Source: the human T2T-CHM13v2.0 reference genome, Homo sapiens
Assembly: GCF_009914755.1 (NCBI RefSeq)
Contig: NC_060944.1
DNA: 64,000 bases
Reading direction: 5' to 3' (one strand)
Shown: one piece after another, positions 1-13,200 of the stretch
Layout: every line of letters starts with the position of its first letter
Numbering within the stretch: position 1 is the first letter of the stretch
Made by a program: the position numbers and the translations under genes
Notes under the pieces: generated by a model
Told to the model about the DNA's origin: nothing
The model's database searches: none
The model's input: only the letters and a program-made list of their open reading frames with translations

Positions 1-7
1 AAGATAT

Positions 8-24
8 TTCCTTTTTCACCATAG
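8..24 (-). promoter_or_regulatory. pJalpha-binding motif of A-type monomer (first instance, recurs each HOR)
   Basis: TTCCTTTTTCACCATAG is the reverse complement of CTATGGTGAAAAAGGAA and matches the pJalpha consensus CTAYGGTGRAAAAGGAA. It lies exactly 171 bp before the first CENP-B box. Confidence 0.85.
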
Positions 25-178
25 GCCTCAAAGCGCTCCAAATGTCCACTTCCAGGGAATGGAAAAAGAGTGTTTCCAACCTGCTCTATGAAAGCGAATG
101 TTCAACTCCGTGACTTGAATGCAACCATCACAAGGAAGCTTCTGAGAATGCTTCTGTCTAGATTTTATATGAAGATAT

Positions 179-195
179 TCCCGTTTCCAACGAAA
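179..195 (-). promoter_or_regulatory. CENP-B box 1 (first instance, recurs each HOR)
   Basis: TCCCGTTTCCAACGAAA is the reverse complement of TTTCGTTGGAAACGGGA, a perfect YTTCGTTGGAARCGGGA. Confidence 0.97.
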
Positions 196-516
196 TCCTC
201 AAAGCTATCCAAATATCCACTTGGAGATTCTACAAAAAGAGTGTTTCAAAACTGCTCTATCAAAAGAAAGGTTCTACTCCGTCAGTTGAGGACACACATC
301 ACGAGTAAGTTTCTGACAATGCTTCTGTCTAGTTTTTATGGGAAGATATGTCCTTTTTCACATTAGGCCGGAAAGCGCTCCAAAAGTCCAGTTACAGACA
401 CTACAAAAAGAGTGTTTCAAACCTGCTCTGTGAAAGCGAATGTTCCATTCTGTGACTTGAATGCAAACATCACAAAGAAGTTGCTGAGAATGCTGCTGTC
501 TGCTTTTTATACCTTA

Positions 517-533
517 TCCCGTTTCCAACGAAA
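517..533 (-). promoter_or_regulatory. CENP-B box 2 (first instance, recurs each HOR)
   Basis: Perfect TCCCGTTTCCAACGAAA in the context ataccttatcccgtttccaacgaaatcc. Confidence 0.97.
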
Positions 534-790
534 TCCTCAAATCTAGCCAAATATCCACTTGCAGACTCCACAAAAACAGTGTTTCAAAACTGTACTGTCA
601 AAAGAAATGTTCAACTCTGTTAGTTGAGGACACACATCAGAGACTAGCTTCTGAGAATGCTTCTGTCCAGTTGTTACGGGAAGATATTTCCTTTTTCAAC
701 ATAGGCCTGAAACTGCTTCAAATGTCCACTTCCAGATACTGCAAAGAGAGTGTTTCAAACCTTCTCTACGAAAGGGCATGTTCTCCTCTG

Positions 791-798
791 TGACGTCA
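791..798. promoter_or_regulatory. Palindromic TGACGTCA (CRE consensus, contains AatII site), one per HOR; function unproven
   Basis: ctctgTGACGTCAatgc at 791, 2151, 3510, 4870 and onward. It derives from the monomer-consensus tgacttga. Confidence 0.5.
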
Positions 799-858
799 AT
801 GCAAACATCCCAAAGAAGTTTCTGAGAATGCTTCTGTCTGGATTTTATCTGAAGACAA

Positions 859-875
859 TCCCGTTTCCAACGAAA
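859..875 (-). promoter_or_regulatory. CENP-B box 3 (first instance, recurs each HOR)
   Basis: Perfect TCCCGTTTCCAACGAAA in the context gaagacaatcccgtttccaacgaaatcc. Confidence 0.97.
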
Positions 876-1196
876 TCCTCAAAGTTATGCAAATATGCTC
901 CTGCAGATTCTACAAAAGGAGTGTTTCAAAACTGCTCTATGAAAAGAAAGGTTCAACTATGTTAGTAGAGGGCACACATCACAAACAAGTTGCCGAGAAT
1001 GATTCTGTCTGGTTTTTATGGGAAGATATTTCCTTTTGCAACACAAGCCTGAATGCGCTCCAAATGGACACTTCCAGATACGACAAAAGGAGTGTTTCAA
1101 AGCTGTTCTATGAAAGGGAACGTTCCATTCTGTGACTTGAATGCAAACATCACCAAGTAGTTTCTCAGAACGCTGCTGTCTGCTTTTTATATGTAT

Positions 1197-1213
1197 TCCC
1201 GTGTCCAAGGAAA
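1197..1213 (-). promoter_or_regulatory. CENP-B box 4, degenerate in this copy and polymorphic along the array
   Basis: TCCCGTGTCCAAGGAAA changes the essential CGAA to GGAA. Intact versions occur at about 6636, 7996 and 22954. Confidence 0.9.
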
Positions 1214-4200
1214 TCGTCAAAGCCAGCCAAATATCAACCTGCAGGTTCCACAAAAAGAGTGTGTCAAAACTGCTCTCTCAAAAGACATGTTCAACTCCGT
1301 CAGTTGAGGACACACATCACAAAGAAGTTTCTGAGAATGCTTCTGTCTAGTTTTTATGGGAAGATATTTCCTTTTTCACCATAGGCCTCAAAGCGCTCCA
1401 AATGTCCACTTCCAGGGAATGGAAAAAGAGTGTTTCCAACCTGCTCTATGAAAGCCAATGTTCAACTCCGTGACTTGAATGCAACCATCACAAGGAAGTT
1501 TCTGAGAATGCTTCTGTCTAGATTTTATATGAAGATATTCCCGTTTCCAACGAAATCCTCAAAGCTATACAAATATCCACTTGGAGATTCTACAAAAAGA
1601 GTGTTTCAAAACTGCTCTATCAAAAGAAAGGTTCTACTCCGTCAGTTGAGGACACACGTCACGAGTAAGTTTCTGACAATGCTTCTGTCTAGTTTTTATG
1701 GGAAGATATGTCCGTTTTCACCTTAGGCCGGCAAGCGCTCCAAAAATCCAGTTACAGACACTACAAAAAGAGTGTTTCAAACCTGCTCTGTGAAAGGGAA
1801 TGTTCCATTCTGTGACTTGAATGCAAACATCACAAAGAAGTTGCTGAGAATGCTGCTGTCTGCTTTTTATACCTTATAACGTTTCCAACGAAATCCTCAA
1901 ATCTAGCCAAATATCCACTTGCAGACTCCACAAAAACAGTGTTTCAAAACTGTACTGTCAAAAGAAATGTTCAACTGTGTTAGTTGAGGACACACATCAG
2001 AGACTAGCTTCTGAGAATGCTTCTGTCCAGTTGTTACGGGAAGATATTTCCTTTTTCAACATAGGCCTGAAACCGCTTCAAATGTCCACTTCCAGATACT
2101 GCAAAGAGAGTGTTTCAAACCTTCTCGACGAAAGGGCATGTTCTCCTCTGTGACGTCAATGCAAACATCCCAAAGAAGTTTCTGAGAATGCTTCTGTCTG
2201 GATTTTACCTGAAGACAATCCCGTTTCCAACGAAATCCTCAAAGATATGCAAATATGCACCTGCAGATTCTACAAAAAGAGTGTTTCAAAACTGCTCTAT
2301 GAAAAGAAAGGTTCGACTCTGTTAGTAGAGGGCACACATCACAAACAAGTTGCCGAGAATGCTTCTGTCTGGTTTTTATGGGAAGATATTTCCTTTTCCA
2401 ACACAAGCCTGAATGCGCTCCAAATGGACACTTCCAGATACGACAAAAGGAGTGTTTCAAACCTGTACTGTGAAAGGGAACGTTCCATTCTGTGACTTGA
2501 ATGCAAACATCACCAAGTAGTTTCTCAGAACGCTGCTGTCTGCATTTTATATGTATTCCCGTGTCCAACGAAATCGTCAAAGCCAGCCAAATATCCACTT
2601 GCAGGTTCCACAAAACGAGTGTGTCAAAACTGCTCTCTCAAAAGACATGTTCAACTCTGTTAGTTGAGGACACACATCACAAAGAAGTTTCTGAGAATGC
2701 TTCTGTCTAGTTTTTATGGGAAGATATTTCCTTTTTCACCATAGGCCTCAAAGCGCTCCAAATGTCCACTTCCAGGGAATGGAAAAAGAGTGTTTCCAAC
2801 CTGCTCTATGAAAGCGAATGTTCAACTCCGTGACTTGAATGCAACCATCACAAGGAAGTTTCTGAGAATGCTTCTGTCTAGATTTATATGAAGATATTCC
2901 CGTTTCCAACGAAATCCTCAAAGCTATCAAAATATCCCCTTGGAGATTCTACAAAAAGAGTGTTTCAAAACTGCTCTATCAAAAGAAAGGTTCTACTCCG
3001 TCAGTTGAGGACACACATCACGAGTAAGTTTCTGAGAATGCTTCTGTCTAGTTTTTATGGGAAGATATGTCCTTTTTCACCTTAGGCCGGAAAGCGCTCC
3101 AAAAGTCCAGTTACAGACACTACAAAAAGAGTGTTTCAAACCTGCTCTGTGAAAGGGAATGTTCCATTCTGTGACTTGAATGCAAACATCACAAAGAAGT
3201 TGCTGAGAATGGTGCTGTCTGCTTTTTATACCTTATCCCGTTTCCAACGAAATCCTCAAATCTAGCCAAATATCCACTTGCAGACTCCACAAAAAGAGTG
3301 TTTCTAAACTGTACTGTCAAAAGAAATGTTCAACTCTGTTAGTTGAGGACACACATCAGAGACTAGCTTCTGAGAATGCTTCTGTCCAGTTGTTACGGGA
3401 AGATATTTCCCTTTTCAACATAGTCCTGAAACCGCTTCAAATGTCCACTTCCAGATACTGCAAAGAGAGTGTTTCAAACCTTCTCTACGAAAGGGCATGT
3501 TCTCCTCTGTGACGTCAATGCAAACATCCCAAAGAAGTTTCTGAGAATGCTTCTGTCTGGATTTTATCTGAAGACAATCCCGTTTCCAACGAAATCCTCA
3601 AAGCTATGCAAATATGCTCCTGCAGATTCTACAAAAAGAGTGTTTCAAAACTGCTCTAGGAAAAGAAAGGTTCAACTATGTTAGTAGAGGGCACACATCA
3701 CAAACAAGTTGCCGAGAATGATTCTGTCTGGTTTTTATGGGAAGATATTTCCTTTTGCAACACAAGCCTGAATGCGCTCCAAATGGACACTTCCAGATAC
3801 GACAAAAGGAGTGTTTCAAACCTGTTCTATGAAAGGGAACGTTCCATTCTGTGACTTGAATGCAAACATCACCAAGTAGATTCTCAGAACGCTGCTGTCT
3901 GCTTTTTATATGTATTCCCGTATCCAAGGAAATCGTCAAAGCCAGCCAAATATCAACTTGCAGGTTCCACAAAAAGAGTGTGTCAAAACTGCTCTCTCAA
4001 AAGACATGTTCAACTCCGTCAGTTGAGGACACACATCACAAAGAAGTTTCTGAGAATGCTTCTGTCTAGTTTTTATGGGAAGATATTTCCTTTTTCACCA
4101 TAGGCCTCAAAGCGCTCCAAATGTCCACTTCCAGGGAATGGAAAAAGAGTGTTTCCAACCTGCTCTATGAAAGCGAATGTTCAACTCCGTGACTTGAATG

Positions 4201-7200
4201 CAACCATCACAAGGAAGTTTCTGAGAATGCTTCTGTCTAGATTTTATATGAAGATATTCCCGTTTCCAACGAAATCCTCAAAGCTATCCAAATATCCACT
4301 TGGAGATTCTACAAAAAGAGTGTTTCAAAACTGCTCAATCAAAAGAAAGGTTCTACTCCGTCAGTTGAGGACACACATCACGAGTAAGTTTCTGAGAATG
4401 CTTCTGTCTAGTTTTTATGGGAAGATATGCCCTTTTTCACCTTAGGCCGGAAAGCGCTCCAAAAGTCCAGTTACAGAAACTACAAAAAGAGTGTTTCAAA
4501 CCTGCTCTGTGAAAGGGAATGTTCCATTCTGTGACTTGAATGCAAACATCACAAAGAAGTTGCTGAGAATGCTGCTGTCTGGTTTTTATACCTTATCCCG
4601 TTTCCAACGAAATCCTCAAATCTAGCCAAATATCCACTTGCAGACTCCACAAAAACAGTGTTTCAAAACTGTACTTTCAAAAGAAATGTTCAACTCTGTT
4701 AGTTGAGGACACACATCAGAGACTAGCTTCTGAGAATGCTTCTGTCCAGTTGTTACGGGAAGATATTTCCTTTTTCAACATAGGCCTGAAACCGCTTCAA
4801 ATGTCCACTTCCAGATACTGCAAAGAGAGTGTTTCAAACCTTCTCTACGAAAGGGCATGTTCTCCTCTGTGACGTCAATGCAAACATCCCAAAGAAGTTT
4901 CTGAGAATGCTTCTGTCTGGATTTTATCTGAAGACAATCCCGTTTCTAACGAAATCCTCAAAGATATGCAAATATGCTCCTGCAGATTCTACAAAAAGAG
5001 TGTTTCAAAACTGCTCTATGAAAAGAAAGGTTCGACTCTGTTAATAGAGGGCACACAACACAAACAAGTTGCCGAGAATGATTCTGTCTGGTTTTTATGG
5101 GAAGATATTTCCTTTTCCAACACAAGCCTGAATGCGCTCCAAATGGACACTTCCAGATACGACAAAAGGAGTGTTTCAAAGCTGTTCTATGAAAGGGAAC
5201 GTTCCATTCTGTGACTTGAATGCAAACATCACCAAGTAGTTTCTCAGAACGCTGCTGTCTGCTTTTTATGTGTATTACCGTTTCCAACGAAATCGTCAAA
5301 TCCAGCCAAATATCCACTTGCAGGTTCCACAAAAAGAGTGTTTCAAAACTGCTCTCTCAAAAGACATGTTCAACTCTGTCAGTTGAGGACACACATCACA
5401 AAGAAGTTTGTGAGAATGCTTCTGTCTAGTTTTTATGGGAACATATTTCCTTTTTTACCGTAAGCCTCAAAGCGCTCCAATTATCCACTTCCAGGGAATG
5501 GAAAAAGAGTGTTTCCAACCTGCTCTATGAAAGCGAATGTTCAACTCCGTGACTTGAATGCAACCATCACAAGGAAGTTTCTGAGAATGCTTCTGTCTAC
5601 ATTTTATATGGAGATATTCCCGTTTCCAACGAAATCCTCAAAGCTATCAAAATATCCTCTTGGAGATTCTACAAAAAGAGTGTTTCAAAACTGCTCTATC
5701 AAAAGAAAGGTTCTACTCCGTCAGTTGAGGACACACATCACGAGTAAGTTTCTGACAATGCTTCTGTCTAGTTTTTATGGGAAGATATGTCCTTTTTCAC
5801 CTTAGGCCGGAAAGCGCTCCAAAAGTCCAGTTACAGACACTACAAAAAGAGTGTTTCAAACCTGCTCTGTGAAAGGGAATGTTCCATTCTGTGACTTGAA
5901 TGCAAACATCACAAAGAAGTTGCTGAGAATGCTGCTGTCTGCTTTTTATACCTTATCCCGTTTCCAACGAAATCCTCAAATCTAGCCAAATATCCACTTG
6001 CAGACTCCACAAAAACAGTGTTTCAAAACTGTACTGTCAAAAGAAATGTTGAACTCTGTTAGTTGAGGACACACATCAGAGACTAGCTTCTGAAAATGCT
6101 TCTGTCCAGTTGTTACGGGAAGATATTTCCTTTTTCAACATAGGCCTGAAACCGCTTCAAATGTCCACTTCCAGATACTGCAAAGAGAGTGTTTCAAACC
6201 TCCTCTACGAAAGGGCATGTTCTCCTCTGTGACGTCAATGCAAACATCCCAAAGAAGTTTCTGAGAATGCTTCTGTCTGGATTTTATCTGAAGACAATCC
6301 CGTTTCCAACGAAATCTTCAAAGATATGCAAATATGCTCCTGCAGATTCTACAAAAAGAGTGTTTCAAAACTGCTCTATGAAAGGAAAGGTTCGACTCTG
6401 TTAGTAGAGGGCACACATCACAAACAAGTTGCCGAGAATGATTCTGTCTGTTTTTTATGGGAAAATATTTCCTTTTCCAACACAAGCCTGAATGCGCTGC
6501 AAATGGACACTTCCAGATACGACAAAAGGAGTGTTTCAAAGCTGTTCTATGAAAGGGAACCTTCCATTGTGTGACTTGAATGCAAACATCACCAAGCAGT
6601 TTCTCAGAACTGTGCTGTCTGCTTCTTATATGTATTCCCGTTTCCAACGAAATCGTCAAAGCCAGCCAAATATCCACTTGCAGGTTCCACAAAAAGAGTG
6701 TGTCAAAACTGCTCTCTCAAAAGACATGTTCAACTCTGTCAGTTGAGGACACACATCACAAAGAAGTTTGTGAGAATGCTTCTGCCTAGTTTTTATGGGA
6801 AGATATTTCCTTTTTCACCATAGGCCTCAAAGCGCTCCAAATGTCCAATTCCAGGGAATGGAAAAAGAGTGTTTCCAACCTGCTCTATGAAAGCAAATGT
6901 TCAACTCCGTGAATTGAATGCAACCAAAACAAGGAAGTTTCTGAGAATGCTTCTGTCTAGATTTTATATGAAGATATTCCCGTTTCCAACGAAATCCCCA
7001 AAGCTATCAAAATATCCACTTGGAGATTCTACAAAAAGAGTGTTTCAAAACTGCTCTATCAAAAGAAAGGTTCTACTCCGTCAGTTGAGAACACACATCA
7101 CGAGTAAGTTTCTGACAATGCTTCTGTCTAGTTTTTATGGGAAGACATGTCCTTTTTCACCTTAGACAGGAAAGCGCTCCAAAAGTCCAGTTACAGACAC

Positions 7201-10200
7201 TACAAAAAGAGTGTTTCAAACCTGCTCTGTGAAAGGGAATGTTCAATTCTGTGACTTGAATGCAAACATCACAAAGAAGTAGCTGAGAATGCTGCTGTCT
7301 GCTTTTTATACCTTATCCCGTTTCCAACGAAATCCTCAAATCTAGGCAAATATCCACTTGCAGACTCCACAAAAACAGTGTTTCAAAACTGTACTGTCAA
7401 AAGAAATGTTCAACTCTGTTAGTTGAGGACACACATCAGAGACTAGCTTCTGAGAATGCTTCTGTCCAGTTGGTACGGGAAGATATTTCCTTTTTCAGAA
7501 TAGGCCTGAAACCGCTTCAAATGTCCACTTCCAGATACTGCAAAGAGAGTGTTTCAAATCTTCTCTACGAAAGGGCATGTTCTCCTCTGTGACGTCAATG
7601 CAAACATCCTAAAGAAGTTTCTGAGAATGCTTCTGTCTGGATTTTATCTGAAGACAATCCCGTTTCCAACGAAATCCTCAAAGCTATGCAAATATGCTCC
7701 TGCAGATTCTACAAAAAGAGTGTTTCAAAACTGCTCTATGAAAAGAAAGGTTCGACTCTGTTAGTAGAGGGCACACATCACAAACAAGTTGCCGAGAATG
7801 CTTCTGTCTGGTTTTTATGGGAAGATATTTCCTTTTCCAACACAAGCCTGAATGCGCTCCAAATGGACACTTCCAGATACGACAAAAGGAGGGTTTCAAA
7901 CCTGTTCTGTGAAAGGGAACGTTCCATTCTGTGACTTGAATGCAAACATCACCAAGTAGTTTCTCAGAACGCTGCTGTCTGCTTTTTATATGAATTCCCG
8001 TTTCCAACGAAATCGTCAAAGCCAGCCAAATATCCACTTGCAGGTTCCACAAAAAGAGTGTGTCAAAACTGCTCTCTCAAAAGACATGTTCAACTCTGTC
8101 AGTTGAGGACACACATCACAAAGAAGTTTGTGAGAATGCTTCTGCCTAGTTTTTATGGGAAGATATTTCCTTTTTCACCATAGGCCTCAAAGCGCTCCAA
8201 ATGTCCACTTCCAGGGAATGGAAAAAGAGTGTTTCCAACCTGCTCTATGAAAGCGAATGTTCAACTCCGTGACTTGAATGCAACCATCACAAGGAAGCTT
8301 CTGAGAATGCTTCTGTCTAGATTTTATATGAAGATATTCCCGTTTCCAACGAAATCCTCAAAGCTATCCAAATATCCACTTGGAGATTCTACAAAAAGAG
8401 TGTTTCAAAACTGCTCTATCAAAAGAAAGGTTCTACTCCGTCAGTTGAGGACACACATCACGAGTAAGTTTCTGACAATGCTTCTGTCTAGTTTTTATGG
8501 GAAGATATGTCCTTTTTCACATTAGGCCGGAAAGCGCTCCAAAAGTCCAGTTACAGACACTACAAAAAGAGTGTTTCAAACCTGCTCTGTGAAAGCGAAT
8601 GTTCCATTCTGTGACTTGAATGCAAACATCACAAAGAAGTTGCTGAGAATGCTGCTGTCTGCTTTTTATACCTTATCCCGTTTCCAACGAAATCCTCAAA
8701 TCTAGCCAAATATCCACTTGCAGACTCCACAAAAACAGTGTTTCAAAACTGTACTGTCAAAAGAAATGTTCAACTCTGTTAGTTGAGGACACACATCAGA
8801 GACTAGCTTCTGAGAATGCTTCTGTCCAGTTGTTACGGGAAGATATTTCCTTTTTCAACATAGGCCTGAAACTGCTTCAAATGTCCACTTCCAGATACTG
8901 CAAAGAGAGTGTTTCAAACCTTCTCTACGAAAGGGCATGTTCTCCTCTGTGACGTCAATGCAAACATCCCAAAGAAGTTTCTGAGAATGCTTCTGTCTGG
9001 ATTTTATCTGAAGACAATCCCGTTTCCAACGAAATCCTCAAAGTTATGCAAATATGCTCCTGCAGATTCTACAAAAGGAGTGTTTCAAAACTGCTCTATG
9101 AAAAGAAAGGTTCAACTATGTTAGTAGAGGGCACACATCACAAACAAGTTGCCGAGAATGATTCTGTCTGGTTTTTATGGGAAGATATTTCCTTTTGCAA
9201 CACAAGCCTGAATGCGCTCCAAATGGACACTTCCAGATACGACAAAAGGAGTGTTTCAAAGCTGTTCTATGAAAGGGAACGTTCCATTCTGTGACTTGAA
9301 TGCAAACATCACCAAGTAGTTTCTCAGAACGCTGCTGTCTGCTTTTTATATGTATTCCCGTGTCCAAGGAAATCGTCAAAGCCAGCCAAATATCAACCTG
9401 CAGGTTCCACAAAAAGAGTGTGTCAAAACTGCTCTCTCAAAAGACATGTTCAACTCCGTCAGTTGAGGACACACATCACAAAGAAGTTTCTGAGAATGCT
9501 TCTGTCTAGTTTTTATGGGAAGATATTTCCTTTTTCACCATAGGCCTCAAAGCGCTCCAAATGTCCACTTCCAGGGAATGGAAAAAGAGTGTTTCCAACC
9601 TGCTCTATGAAAGCCAATGTTCAACTCCGTGACTTGAATGCAACCATCACAAGGAAGTTTCTGAGAATGCTTCTGTCTAGATTTTATATGAAGATATTCC
9701 CGTTTCCAACGAAATCCTCAAAGCTATACAAATATCCACTTGGAGATTCTACAAAAAGAGTGTTTCAAAACTGCTCTATCAAAAGAAAGGTTCTACTCCG
9801 TCAGTTGAGGACACACATCACGAGTAAGTTTCTGACAATGCTTCTGTCTAGTTTTTATGGGAAGATATGTCCGTTTTCACCTTAGGCCGGCAAGCGCTCC
9901 AAAAATCCAGTTACAGACACTACAAAAAGAGTGTTTCAAACCTGCTCTGTGAAAGGGAATGTTCCATTCTGTGACTTGAATGCAAACATCACAAAGAAGT
10001 TGCTGAGAATGCTGCTGTCTGCTTTTTATACCTTATAACGTTTCCAACGAAATCCTCAAATCTAGCCAAATATCCACTTGCAGACTCCACAAAAACAGTG
10101 TTTCAAAACTGTACTGTCAAAAGAAATGTTCAACTGTGTTAGTTGAGGACACACATCAGAGACTAGCTTCTGAGAATGCTTCTGTCCAGTTGTTACGGGA

Positions 10201-13200
10201 AGATATTTCCTTTTTCAACATAGGCCTGAAACCGCTTCAAATGTCCACTTCCAGATACTGCAAAGAGAGTGTTTCAAACCTTCTCGACGAAAGGGCATGT
10301 TCTCCTCTGTGACGTCAATGCAAACATCCCAAAGAAGTTTCTGAGAATGCTTCTGTCTGGATTTTACCTGAAGACAATCCCGTTTCCAACGAAATCCTCA
10401 AAGATATGCAAATATGCACCTGCAGATTCTACAAAAAGAGTGTTTCAAAACTGCTCTATGAAAAGAAAGGTTCGACTCTGTTAGTAGAGGGCACACATCA
10501 CAAACAAGTTGCCGAGAATGCTTCTGTCTGGTTTTTATGGGAAGATATTTCCTTTTCCAACACAAGCCTGAATGCGCTCCAAATGGACACTTCCAGATAC
10601 GACAAAAGGAGTGTTTCAAACCTGTACTGTGAAAGGGAACGTTCCATTCTGTGACTTGAATGCAAACATCACCAAGTAGTTTCTCAGAACGCTGCTGTCT
10701 GCATTTTATATGTATTCCCGTGTCCAACGAAATCGTCAAAGCCAGCCAAATATCCACTTGCAGGTTCCACAAAACGAGTGTGTCAAAACTGCTCTCTCAA
10801 AAGACATGTTCAACTCTGTTAGTTGAGGACACACATCACAAAGAAGTTTCTGAGAATGCTTCTGTCTAGTTTTTATGGGAAGATATTTCCTTTTTCACCA
10901 TAGGCCTCAAAGCGCTCCAAATGTCCACTTCCAGGGAATGGAAAAAGAGTGTTTCCAACCTGCTCTATGAAAGCGAATGTTCAACTCCGTGACTTGAATG
11001 CAACCATCACAAGGAAGTTTCTGAGAATGCTTCTGTCTAGATTTATATGAAGATATTCCCGTTTCCAACGAAATCCTCAAAGCTATCCAAATATCCCCTT
11101 GGAGATTCTACAAAAAGAGTGTTTCAAAACTGCTCTATCAAAAGAAAGGTTCTACTCCGTCAGTTGAGGACACACATCACGAGTAAGTTTCTGAGAATGC
11201 TTCTGTCTAGTTTTTATGGGAAGATATGTCCTTTTTCACCTTAGGCCGGAAAGCGCTCCAAAAGTCCAGTTACAGACACTACAAAAAGAGTGTTTCAAAC
11301 CTGCTCTGTGAAAGGGAATGTTCCATTCTGTGACTTGAATGCAAACATCACAAAGAAGTTGCTGAGAATGGTGCTGTCTGCTTTTTATACCTTATCCCGT
11401 TTCCAACGAAATCCTCAAATCTAGCCAAATATCCACTTGCAGACTCCACAAAAAGAGTGTTTCTAAACTGTACTGTCAAAAGAAATGTTCAACTCTGTTA
11501 GTTGAGGACACACATCAGAGACTAGCTTCTGAGAATGCTTCTGTCCAGTTGTTACGGGAAGATATTTCCCTTTTCAACATAGTCCTGAAACCGCTTCAAA
11601 TGTCCACTTCCAGATACTGCAAAGAGAGTGTTTCAAACCTTCTCTACGAAAGGGCATGTTCTCCTCTGTGACGTCAATGCAAACATCCCAAAGAAGTTTC
11701 TGAGAATGCTTCTGTCTGGATTTTATCTGAAGACAATCCCGTTTCCAACGAAATCCTCAAAGCTATGCAAATATGCTCCTGCAGATTCTACAAAAAGAGT
11801 GTTTCAAAACTGCTCTAGGAAAAGAAAGGTTCAACTATGTTAGTAGAGGGCACACATCACAAACAAGTTGCCGAGAATGATTCTGTCTGGTTTTTATGGG
11901 AAGATATTTCCTTTTGCAACACAAGCCTGAATGCGCTCCAAATGGACACTTCCAGATACGACAAAAGGAGTGTTTCAAACCTGTTCTATGAAAGGGAACG
12001 TTCCATTCTGTGACTTGAATGCAAACATCACCAAGTAGTTTCTCAGAACGCTGCTGTCTGCTTTTTATATGTATTCCCGTATCCAAGGAAATCGTCAAAG
12101 CCAGCCAAATATCAACTTGCAGGTTCCACAAAAAGAGTGTGTCAAAACTGCTCTCTCAAAAGACATGTTCAACTCCGTCAGTTGAGGACACACATCACAA
12201 AGAAGTTTCTGAGAATGCTTCTGTCTAGTTTTTATGGGAAGATATTTCCTTTTTCACCATAGGCCTCAAAGCGCTCCAAATGTCCACTTCCAGGGAATGG
12301 AAAAAGAGTGTTTCCAACCTGCTCTATGAAAGCGAATGTTCAACTCCGTGACTTGAATGCAAGCATCACAAGGAAGTTTCTGAGAATGCTTCTGTCTAGA
12401 TTTTATATGAAGATATTCCCGTTTCCAACGAAATCCTCAAAGCTATCCAAATATCCACTTGGCGATTCTACAAAAAGAGTGTTTCAAAACTGCTCAATCA
12501 AAAGAAAGGTTCTACTCCGTCAGTTGAGGACACACATCACGAGTAAGTTTCTGAGAATGCTTCTGTCTAGTTTTTATGGGAAGATATGCCCTTTTTCACC
12601 TTAGGCCGGAAAGCGCTCCAAAAGTCCAGTTACAGAAACCACAAAAAGAGTGTTTCAAACCTGCTCTGTGAAAGGGAATGTTCCATTCTGTGACTTGAAT
12701 GCAAACATCACAAAGAAGTTGCTGAGAATGCTGCTGTCTGGTTTTTATACCTTATCCCGTTTCCAACGAAATCCTCAAATCTAGCCAAATATCCACTTGC
12801 AGACTCCACAAAAACAGTGTTTCAAAACTGTACTTTCAAAAGAAATGTTCAACTCTGTTAGTTGAGGACACACATCAGAGACTAGCTTCTGAGAATGCTT
12901 CTGTCCAGTTGTTACGGGAAGATATTTCCTTTTTCAACATAGGCCTGAAACCGCTTCAAATGTCCACTTCCAGATACTGCAAAGAGAGTGTTTCAAACCT
13001 TCTCTACGAAAGGGCATGTTCTCCTCTGTGACGTCAATGCAAACATCCCAAAGAAGTTTCTGAGAATGCTTCTGTCTGGATTTTATCTGAAGACAATCCC
13101 GTTTCTAACGAAATCCTCAAAGATATGCAAATATGCTCCTGCAGATTCTACAAAAAGAGTGTTTCAAAACTGCTCTATGAAAAGCAAGGTTCGACTCTGT

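Larger units (their letters stand above)
1..1360 (-). repeat. Representative HOR unit: 8 monomers (A-B)x4
   Basis: Sequence at 1 (aagatatttcctttttcaccataggcctcaaagcgctcc) restarts at 1361. Box positions are 8 (pJalpha), 179 (CENP-B), about 350, 517 (CENP-B), about 688, 859 (CENP-B), about 1030, 1197 (degenerate CENP-B). One XbaI site (tctaga) lies at 157-162. Confidence 0.95.

Noticed and set aside
1-1360. Firm chromosome or species assignment (D20Z2, D18Z1, D14Z9/D22Z1, or great-ape orthologue)
   Set aside because: Several SF2 arrays have 8-mer-based units of about 1.36 kb. Assignment needs an HMM or BLAST comparison that I cannot run.
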